64,000 nt of DNA from Mesotaenium endlicherianum (Eukaryota): the NCBI GenBank assembly GCA_009602735.1, contig WELA01001035.1, positions 396,180 through 460,179 on the forward strand. Reading direction: 5' to 3'. Made by a program: the position numbers and the translations under genes. The notes under the pieces are model-generated. The model was not told the DNA's origin. It did not search any database and saw only the letters and a list, made by a program, of their open reading frames with translations. Below are positions 23,908 to 33,294 of the stretch, piece after piece; position 1 is the first letter of the stretch; every line of letters begins with the position of its first letter.

Positions 23908-23942
23908 CACTAACTGCATTGTGTTTATGATTGAGCAGGATG
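23908..23942 (+). promoter_or_regulatory. Putative branch point (CACTAAC) and 3' splice acceptor (CAG|G) directly before the ORF3 ATG
   Basis: The same architecture is in A (TACTAAC 10629-10635, CAG|GATG, ATG 10604) and C (CACTAAC 34990-34996, ATG 34965), with ~24-25 nt spacing, despite diverged flanks. Confidence 0.65.
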
Positions 23943-25607
23943 ACTCAAAAGTCGGAACTCAAGAGGAAGAGAAGGGCGGAAGAGGCACATGCAGAATACT
24001 TGCAATTCCGTGGAGACATCGAATCATCTTCCATCTCCGCTCGGGAATCACAACGACTCCAACAACAGCGGGAGGCACAGAAGAAGAAGGAGGAGGAGGA
24101 ACAGGCCAGACTGAGGCAGGAAGAAATGGACAGAAAAGCTGCAGAGGAGGCCAAGAAAGCAGAGGAGGAGAGGCAAGCTGAGGAGAAGCGGAAGCAGCAG
24201 GCTGAAGAAGAAGAACAGAGGAGAATCAGCAGCTACCGCTACACGGTGCTGGGCAAGGGCTTTGATCTACTGGAGGAGGCCTTCAAGTATGCCCAGAGAA
24301 GTCGCAGTGAGTCGCAGAAGGAAATCCTCCAGAAGGAAGGGGAGACATCCGAAAACTTTGACAAGTATATAGAGGTCGGCACAGGGCTCCTCCTCTACCA
24401 CGATTACGCCAGGATGGTAGGATATACCATCGGAGAGGCCAAGGCAATGGCCCAGGTGAACGAAGCAGGAGCTGTCTCGATTCCTGGTATCTGGGGGGCA
24501 GATAGGGTCATCAGGATGATCCCCATGGACGCGGACAGCTTCAAGGACTCAACACCCCACAACAGGTTCAAGGCCATGTACAATGAGGTGGAGAGGAGGA
24601 GCTGGGAATTCTTGGCCAGGGAAACCAGTCAGCTGGACTTTGCAGGGCACTGGTACCCTTGTACTCTCAAAAAGACAGACGCTGCCTTCTTCCAAAAGCC
24701 CACTGATTGGCGGTGGATGACCATCAACATGAGGGACCAGCAGAATGACAGGGCGACGGATGAGGATTTCCTGACAGACCTAAAGGGGAACATAGTATTG
24801 CCCCCTCACATTGCGGCTTGGGACCCAAGATTGGATGGAGTCAGAGACTGCATGAGCCAAGAGATGCAGGGGGACAGAAGCAGGGCCCGAGAGTCATTCT
24901 CAAAAGGGAAGCACGCTTATGCCAAATGGGCAAGTAAGCAGGGGGAAAAGGACCTCTATGCGGTCCGGACTCAGCAGCCCCCACCAGCACCCAAAAGGGG
25001 AAGGTCAGTAGGATATTCTTTTTCTCGGGAAGAGCTGGAGCAGCGGACAGAGGAGACCCCAGAAGTCTCAGAGGAACCCGGGGACGGCGAGGAGGCGGAG
25101 TCGGAGGAAGACGAGGAGGAAGGCGAGGAGGAGGACACTAGCCCCGCCGTGATCCTGACACCTGCCACATCCCCTGTAAGGGAGAAGACGGGGTGGGCCC
25201 CGCCGCAACTCGCTCAAGAGGAGGATATCACTTGGCTGGGGACTGCCAGAGGACAGAGCCCATCTCCAGGCAAGGAGACCCAGTCGGACAGGGCAGACAG
25301 GAGGGCTGCTCGGGAGATAGCCAGAGGCCTGCCAGCATCTCCCTTGCAGAGAGGGCATGTACCCTTGGCTCATGTCATGCAACATCCTTCTGGGATGCCG
25401 ATATACGTACCTGTCAGTTTGAGGGCTGCCCAGGAGAAGGCTGCCTCCCTTCAGTTGCAGACTGTGCAAGAGGAAACAGCCCAGTTACTGCGTTCTCCGC
25501 CGGGTCCTTACACGGAACCCCCTTCTCTGACAGGCTTCAGAAGACCCCAAGACAGGAGGAGGTCCGGCTCCCCTGAGTATAGGACCTCAGGGACACCTCC
25601 CTCCTAA
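23940..25607 (+). CDS. ORF3 of element B: accessory protein of unknown function
   Basis: Intact 555-codon sense ORF between pol and the PPT, homologous to ORF3 of A and C. No hydrophobic signal or TM segment is visible. Confidence 0.87.
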   Translation: MTQKSELKRKRRAEEAHAEYLQFRGDIESSSISARESQRLQQQREAQKKKEEEEQARLRQEEMDRKAAEEAKKAEEERQAEEKRKQQAEEEEQRRISSYRYTVLGKGFDLLEEAFKYAQRSRSESQKEILQKEGETSENFDKYIEVGTGLLLYHDYARMVGYTIGEAKAMAQVNEAGAVSIPGIWGADRVIRMIPMDADSFKDSTPHNRFKAMYNEVERRSWEFLARETSQLDFAGHWYPCTLKKTDAAFFQKPTDWRWMTINMRDQQNDRATDEDFLTDLKGNIVLPPHIAAWDPRLDGVRDCMSQEMQGDRSRARESFSKGKHAYAKWASKQGEKDLYAVRTQQPPPAPKRGRSVGYSFSREELEQRTEETPEVSEEPGDGEEAESEEDEEEGEEEDTSPAVILTPATSPVREKTGWAPPQLAQEEDITWLGTARGQSPSPGKETQSDRADRRAAREIARGLPASPLQRGHVPLAHVMQHPSGMPIYVPVSLRAAQEKAASLQLQTVQEETAQLLRSPPGPYTEPPSLTGFRRPQDRRRSGSPEYRTSGTPPS

Positions 25608-25678
25608 GGGCAGCAGGCTGGGGATAAGAGGGACAGCACGCTGTTATTAGTGTTAGTGTTGTCGAGGCGACAACATGA

Positions 25679-25692
25679 TAAGTTGGAGGGAT
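25679..25692 (+). promoter_or_regulatory. Polypurine tract of element B, preceded by the hairpin TGTTGTCG-AGG-CGACAACA (25657-25675)
   Basis: TAAGTTGGAGGGAT directly abuts the LTR start TGTA. The hairpin is conserved in A (8832-8850) and C (33201-33219). Confidence 0.85.
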
Positions 25693-26051
25693 TGTAATGA
25701 ATCAGTATACTGGTTGATATAATATTCATTTAAATAATATAGTTAAATAAGTTCAGCCTGCTGAACTCTAGTTAACAATCAGTCTGCTGGACTTTATACT
25801 TAATATCAGTTTAATGACTTGGCCGGAAGTAGCAGGCTGAGGTCACCTTAAGTCAGCTTGCTGACACATTCTTTGACAGCCAGCTGACTTCCGTACTCGG
25901 TAGCAGCGAACTGCCTCGATATGCATCTAAGTGTGGTATGCTAGATGAATGGCCAGATGACATCCCTATGATGGATGGCGATTCGGGATGATGGGAGATG
26001 GCGGTGGATTTGGTTAACCNNNNNNNNNNCAACATGATAAGTTGGAGGGAT

Positions 26052-26773
26052 TGTAATGAATCAGTATACTGGTTGATATAATATTCATTTAAATAATATA
26101 GTTAAATAAGTTCAGCCTGCTGAACTCTAGTTAACAATCAGTCTGCTGGACTTTATACTTAATATCAGTTTAATGACTTGGCCGGAAGTAGCAGGCTGAG
26201 GTCACCTTAAGTCAGCTTGCTGACACATTCTTTGACAGCCAGCTGACTTCCGTACTCGGTAGCAGCGAACTGCCTCGATATGCATCTAAGTGTGGTATGC
26301 TAGATGAATGGCCAGATGACATCCCTATGATGGATGGCGATTCGGGATGATAAGAGATGGCGGTGGATTTGGTTAACCGAGGTCCTACCAATGTGGTTAA
26401 CTCCCGGGTAGGCGGTGCCATCGCACTGACCGTTGAACAGTAAACTCATTCCATGTACATATGCTAGGCATTGCTCTCGAGTTCGGCATTCGAAAACGAG
26501 GCCAACTCTCTTGTACAGCTTACTGAGAGAGATCTGAATCCAAGGCGAGAAGCCATTGATACGCACTGTCTTCTTATCCTGCTTATGTATGAGTTTATTG
26601 ATTTGCATTATTGATGCTAGTTTACTCGCATTTGACTTACGAGTATTATTCGCTGCTAGTGTGTTGTCCTTTGCCGTTTTAACCAGTTAACGGAAAATAC
26701 CATAAAGATTACTTGCTGATATAAAGATCTTTATTAATTGTTAATCGCCTATTTGGTAAGTCGATTCATTTCA
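26052..26773 (+). repeat. 3' LTR of element B (a partial duplicate at 25693-26019 precedes an N gap)
   Basis: Repeat of 17596-18317, followed by CGGGC. Confidence 0.92.
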
Positions 26774-28498
26774 CGGGCTCAGCACTGGATCAACCTATTA
26801 GTACAAGAATACGACCTTAATGAGGGGCGGTTGGACTTGCTCTCTATGGCTCTCTCTGTGGTAATCTCCCTTTATTTTAGCACAAATCCAATAGGTAGGG
26901 CACTATTGGTAATATGCGTACAACCGGATACTTGGTGCATACGAAAGAGTACTGTACGCCACTAGAAAGCATGTGGCGAGTATCAATATCACACTTCTAT
27001 TAGTGGGGTGTAACGTAGCCTTACCCCATGTGCCACCCGCTAACCACTGGTTAGGTCAACCGGTAGACTCTGTAATGAATTGACTAGTCCATGTTGCCTC
27101 TAATTTGCGGTGGCAAGGCGTGTCTGAGTGTCGATAGGCAACATTGTGTCCAGGAGGATCTCATGGCAGCTCAAAAGTGGTCTTGTGAGTGGTTTGGGCA
27201 CTAGCACAACTCGGGTCTGAAGAATCCTAGCTGTCTGATCCTCACCTACAATCCCGAACCCCCCACTGATACAAGTCTCATCTGAGCAATTTAACAAGAA
27301 GCAGCCTACGCTAGAGCCTATGCAGTAAAACCTTCCTGACAATTATGCAAAAGAAATTGATTAAGAAAAACTCTCAGTGAAGAATTGAGAAAATCTAGCT
27401 TGCAATAAAAAATTGGCAAGCTTATTTAAAGGTGACATGCCCATCCAAACCAACATAGGTTGCTGTAAATTTTGGAATTTTATAAGGTTGTATTATTAAA
27501 GTAAAGCGAAAGCCATTGAAGGGAATCTTAAAATTCTATTTTTCTTGGCATTTGCTTCAAGTGATTTTTACATATTTTGTGAAATTGTCAGCATAGGCAA
27601 GGTATAGCTCATAAGTTTCTTAGTATTTAAGTTGCTCTTCCTTTTAGTTGCCCAGTATTACCCAATCCAAACCTCTAATTTCATTTGTGAATTTACAACT
27701 TATAAGTTGGGGCTTTTCCCCCTGCTTAAGGGGGGATTTTACCCACAACACTTAGGTCAGTTAGCTTCAGTTGGGGAGTATATCCTCCCTTTGTCCCTTA
27801 TTGTTTTGGTCATTTTGACGTTTAGCGTCTACCAATAGCCCCTGTTGCGACAGCAAGGAGCTTGCATAAGAAGGACATGCAAGTCCTACTTTTGAGAACC
27901 TATAATGACTTGGTCCTCACGAGAAAAAAGTTACTCCTAGGAAATTGGGAATTGGAACATGAAAGATTTGTTGCAATCCAACCTAAGAAGGGGCCAGGCA
28001 AAATCCACTTATATATGCAATTGAGAAGTGGTCAAATATACCATGCTGTGACGCCTGAAGAAAATTCTGACAAAAGCAAAAGTCTACGAGAAAGTAAGAC
28101 ATCTGAGGTTCTCGACAACCCGTAGGATGAGCAGACGTTGGAAGACAAATGGCAAAAAAACGTCACAAATAATAAAAACCCTCACAACAAGCAATTTCAC
28201 TTTGAGACAAGTCCAAAGCTTAACGCCCCAAGACTGAAGTTACGCCCATCTTCGCCTAGGGTGTAGACGAGTTGTTCCTACGCTAAGCCAAGAAAAGGTG
28301 GAGAAATGGAATTCTCCACGGCAGGCAAAGATGGTATTTCTATGCCAAATGGAAAAGAATTTGCTCGGAACAAATCTGCACCCCTCAAGCGGAGAATTTT
28401 CTCCGCCACATCCAATGTACGCCACTCGTAGTTTCTGATTTCTTCCAAGCCCCTAAATGTGGTCATAGGTTCCATCTCCCTTAATTGCCACTGATTAA

Positions 28499-31382
28499 CA
28501 CTAGCTTTACGGTGGGTCCTTTTTTGGTTCTGGAACCATAATTTGTCCCATAACTAGGTCATTTTCTACGGGCCCTAACCTTAATTTATTTTTCTCCAAA
28601 TTACCTGAAAATAGGCTCCCTAGGAGCACTAACACGTGAACCCTACCGGCAAATTAGAGACAGGGCAAACGGACAAGTATCGACGGAGATACTTCAAATT
28701 GCCGGCCAAGAACAGTGCTAAGTTTGGTTCGATATTCACCTTCACTTTCGATCTTTTTCACTCTCAGTTGATTGTCGATTGCAGACTCAAACAGCCATGG
28801 CTGCCATGGCTTCTTCTTGTACAAGCTTTGTAGTAGAGGTAGGCACTAAGATACTCACTCCTAGCAAGATTTGGGGTGAGAGTTGGGCTGCGCAAGAGTT
28901 CGGAGAGCACTATGAAGAGTTCTTTTTGGTAGGAATTCTTGAAGAAGAGGTGCATAAAACAAAGGAAACCAAGTATAAAATCTACTTTGGGTACGATGGG
29001 GAGTACAAAACATGGGGTCGCAAGCAGATACTACAATATGTGCCCATTGTACCCGAGTTTAGGTGGTTTTGCCCTTATGAGGGAGTAGTGAGGGTGGAGG
29101 CTTCTTCTATCCCAATTTTGCAAGAAACTAGCAGTAGAGCATTTCAAGTGAGACCTGTCACTCCTGTCACTCAAAGCACCCCTGAAGTCACTGATACACC
29201 ACAAGCAGATGCATCTGAGGCTGAGACAGAGTCAGACTCGGCCTTAGATCCTGCAGAATCAAGGCGAAAGAGAGGTAGACCTGCAAAACAGACTGGACCA
29301 GACATGAGTGTGCCCTGCAATAGAGAGGAGAGGAAAAACAGAGTGGTAGTGGCAAGAGAGCGTGCAAAGAAGAGAGCACACAAAGGCTACAGGAAGAAGA
29401 AGAATAGGGTCTCAGATGAAGAAGAATTCAGCAGTGACTCGGAGCTGGAGTCCGAAGGTGAGCCCCTGGTGGCAACTCAAGATGAAGAACAAGTGCTGGA
29501 GCCTGTGACGCCTGTGGAGCCAGCAAATAGAGGAGGAGAAGAGTACAGCTGGAGACCTGCAGAGGAAGGTGAAGTGCCCCCATGGTTGGTTAAGCCTGTC
29601 AGTACTGTGGGCACAGGCCTGGTCAGAGTCAGTACCAGGCTGTTTCATACATTCAGCCCATTTGCTGTGCTTTGTCTCTTGGTTGGTATAGAGTGGTATG
29701 ACCAGATGGCTGCTGCAACAAATGAGTATGCTCAAAATGAAGGTGCTAAGAAATGGGTCATTCTTACCACCAGTGAGCTCATTCTGTGGCATGGGCTATG
29801 CATTGCTATGGCACTCAACCCTTTGCCTAGGTATACAATGTATTGGAGAAGTGACAATTTTGATCCTATACTATTTCCAGCTTTTGGAAAGTACATGTCC
29901 AGAGATAGGTGGGTCCAGATAAAGTCCTACTTGCACATCATTTCAAATGCTGGTAGAGATGTGTTTCCTACAGCTTCTGGAGAATATAGGTTGTGGCAGT
30001 GTCAGCCATTCATAGACTTGCTCAAGAGTACATTCAAGCAATACCATAATCCAGGTGAGCACTTGACTATAGATGAGCGGTTTATCCCGACTAGAAACAG
30101 ACAATGCCCAGTCCGGGTGTATTGCCCAAAAAAGCTTTATAAGTTTGGTATTGAGTTGTTTACTTTGGTTGACAATACAACATACTATTGCTACGATTTT
30201 GTAGTATTTGACAAGGTCAAGAGACCAGGCAGGACTACTACGGTTGTGTAGAGACAGAGCAGGTCGCTAGGAAGTGGTGGCACCGCTTGTACTGGGGCCT
30301 GTTTAACGGTGCCATTGCAAATGCATACATCTTGTATGAGCTGGCTCACCCTGGTGCTGACAGATTTTCTTTCATGTTGCGGCTAGTGAAAGAGATGTCG
30401 GAGTGGGTACATCCTCGCGACAGGCAGACAAGATCAAGTTCAGCAGGAGCTTCTGGAGAGCAGAGATGGACTGGCAGGCACTTCCCAAACAAGGTCAACA
30501 AAGGAGAGAGAAGGTCTTGTGTAGTGTGCTCTGCTAAGAAGTTTGACAAAGGGGCTGCAGGCAGGAAGAGTAGATGTCAGTACATATGTATGCCCTGCAA
30601 CGTCATCTTGCACCCTAGTCCCTGCTTTGAGATCTACCACACTACCAAGAACATTGACCATTTGGATGTAGGCAGGAAGAGGTTGCCTAATGGCTGCCCT
30701 AAGAAGTAGTACCATTGGTAGCAATAAAGACTCAAAATACATTTTTTTTGCACACATTATGTGCTCTAAACTTCAATTTTGACGACTCGTCCATGGGGCC
30801 TAATGTGGTAGAAGTCATTATTTTCGCTTGACATAATTTTACTGCTCTTGTGTAATAGGATGGTAGAGTACCTTGTTATGAATGCTCCGAAACTTATTTG
30901 AATGCATTCCATCAAGTTTTGGAAATTATATGACCCATTTAGTGAAGCTGCATGGTGCATCTCTTAGTGAAAGTATGGGACCAGGTCCAAAAAGCTGGTG
31001 TCAGTTTTGGGCCTAAACTTTAGCATGTTAGCGTATACAAAGTATTGAATGAAATGAAAATCCGTCAAGTGCAGTGTGGTCACTACATCAGGATGTATGC
31101 TAGAAAAAATCAGGACCTTGAATTCTGTTGTACTTCTCCGCATATTGCGCCCAAAAGAAATGTACCTTTTGCGGGTCACACGTGTATTACCTTTCAAGTA
31201 CAAAAAAGTACAATGAAAAATGCCGCAAAAATCGGAAAAAGTACATTGCCAGAATCCTTATTCAAAGGACATTTCAAATATATATCACTTTCACATACCA
31301 CATAAGTACTCTATTTATCATTAGCATCCAAAGAAGGGCTATTATGAGGTTGGTTTTGGTCCCAGTGGCAGTAAAGCTAGTG
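28499..31382 (+). mobile_element. piggyBac-superfamily DNA transposon, internally deleted
   Basis: TTAA on both sides (28495-28498 and 31383-31386), perfect 12-bp TIRs CACTAGCTTTAC/GTAAAGCTAGTG, and transposase remnants inside. Confidence 0.92.
28797..30709 (+). pseudogene. piggyBac transposase missing its central catalytic region
   Basis: PGBD motifs YWRS, MSRDRW, LTIDERFIP (first catalytic D) and KxYKFGI come first. At ~30250 the sequence jumps out of frame to KWWHRLYW...NAYILY and a C-terminal Cys-rich domain (CVVC...CMPCNVILH...CFEIYH). Motifs for the 2nd and 3rd catalytic Asp are not seen. Confidence 0.85.
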
Positions 31383-31810
31383 TTAACCGTTGGCTGGTCA
31401 CATCAATGCTAGGTGGCCTAAAGCCCAATTTATACTGGCCCAAGCAGTCAACTGATCAATGCAGGTAGCAGGACTTAAAATTACTCGATCGCAGCGACGA
31501 AGCCAAAAACAATATACAAATATCCATTTCCAATGCACACGCGTATACTTAATTGAAGAAAGTGGTTAAATCCCCTCCCTACGCTATCGCGCTTACTTTT
31601 CGCATATTTTCGGGCTCGATCGAACAACGACCATCTTGAAATCGACGATCACGCATGTATCGGGACATGTTTATTTACATCCTCAAAATTATAGCGACGT
31701 CCATGTTGAAAGAGTGATCGGCAAGAAGTGGTCATTCAAGAACTCGGAGGATTTCAAGTTCGCTCAAGAGCAGACTTGAAAATCCGAGCTCGATTGATTG
31801 AAACCACGAA

Positions 31811-33183
31811 TGAAATGAATTGACTTACCAATAGGCGATTAACAGTTAACAAAGATCTTTATATCAGTGAGTAATCTTTATGGTATTTTCTGTTAATTGA
31901 GTATGTATGGTAGTTTATTGTCGTCAGTAAGGCGCCCCTCACGTAACTCTTGTGAGGGGGAATTTAGTAAGGGCCCTCGCTCGTGTGAGCACTGGCCCGT
32001 ACGCGTTCGAAATCGGAGATTTGCCATGCGAAAGCGTTTGTCGTGAACGCTTTCTCTGGGCGGCCCCAGCGCGGCCCGCCCTTTCGCGACGGCCATAAAT
32101 TAGGGCTTGGCCATAACTTATTCCTCTTCGCTTTCGCTTAGGGAGTGCATCCTTAGGGCGCTTTTCGTGAGCGGCCATAGCGTGGAGGAGCGAGGCGGAG
32201 CCTCGCCTGGGCCGCGAGGTAGCCCGCCATGGGGTTGTGGGAGAGGGCGCTCTTCCTCGCTAGAAGGGTTCGTGGGGCGGAAAGGTCGGGAGCGCCTGCT
32301 GCTGGGCAGTCGTGGCCGCTTGTTGTTGCAGGCGGCCGCCGACCAGTTATGAGGGTGTTAGAGAGAGAGAGGGGTTAAGGGGGAGGAGGCATGGTGGAGG
32401 GAGGGAGGGAGGGAGGGAGGGTCATTAGCGGCGACTTCGAGCGTCGACGGCGTTTGCGCTGTTTTTACGCCTTAATTTGTCGCGATCGTTCGGCGGGTCT
32501 TTGAGGGGACAATAACATTGAACGAGTATGTAGAGTGACAAAGGATAGCAAACGACAACACACTAGCAGTGGACGATACTCGCAAGTCAAATGCAAGTAA
32601 ACTAGCATCAATAATGCAATCAGTAAACTCATACATAAGCAAGGCTAGAAGACATTGCGTATCAAAGGCTTCTCGCCTTGGATTCATATATCTCTCAGTA
32701 AGCAATACAAGAGAGTTGGCCTCGTTTTCGAATGCCGAACTCGAGAGCAATACCTAGCATATGTACATGGAATGAGTTTACTGTTCAATGGCAAGTGCGA
32801 TGGCACCACCTACCCGGGAGTTAACCACGTTGGTAGGACCTCGGCTAATCAAATCCACAGCCATCTCCCATCATTTCGAATTCCCATCCACTTTAAGGGT
32901 GTCATTTGGCCACTCATCTAGCACACCACACTCAGATGCATAGCTAGGCAGTTCGCTGCTCTCGAGTACGACAGCCAGCTGACTGTCAAAGAATGTGTCA
33001 GCAAGCTGACCCAAGTCAACACACTGACCTACTTACCTTTGGCCTGCTGCTCTTGGCTGAGTCATTTAACTAAGTATCAAATATCCTGCAGACTTACTAG
33101 TAACTAAAGTTCAGCAGGCTCGACTTAATTAACTATTATATTTACATGAATGTTATATCTATCCAATATACTGATTCATCACA
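31811..33183 (-). repeat. 3' LTR of element C, interrupted by a ~650-bp GC-rich insertion (~31897-32547)
   Basis: Matches the family LTR at 31811-31896 and from ~32548 to 33183; PPT at 33184-33196. Confidence 0.85.
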
Positions 33184-33294
33184 ATCCCTCCAACTTAAAT
33201 TGTTGTCGACTCGACAACACTTCCTACTATTATTTACAACAAAGTAACACATATGCAACACAACCAACTGATTCTAAGACAAAACAACAGCAGA

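Larger units (their letters stand above)
17596..26773 (+). mobile_element. Ty3/gypsy chromovirus LTR retrotransposon, copy B (intact pol and ORF3, nonsense codon in gag)
   Basis: LTRs at 17596-18317 and 26052-26773, TSD CGGGT/CGGGC (17591-17595 and 26774-26778), PBS, PPT and gag-pol-ORF3. Confidence 0.96.

Noticed and set aside
23940..25607. Calling ORF3 an env gene
   Set aside because: No signal peptide, transmembrane helix or Cys-rich ectodomain is visible, and the protein is highly charged.
25670..26051. Apparent tandem duplication of PPT plus partial 3' LTR in B
   Set aside because: Near-identical copies flank an N gap, so this is most likely an unmerged contig overlap.
27862..28480. 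Possible decayed gag start (MQLRSG) upstream of the piggyBac
   Set aside because: Only a short motif, with no LTR, PBS or further domain to support it.
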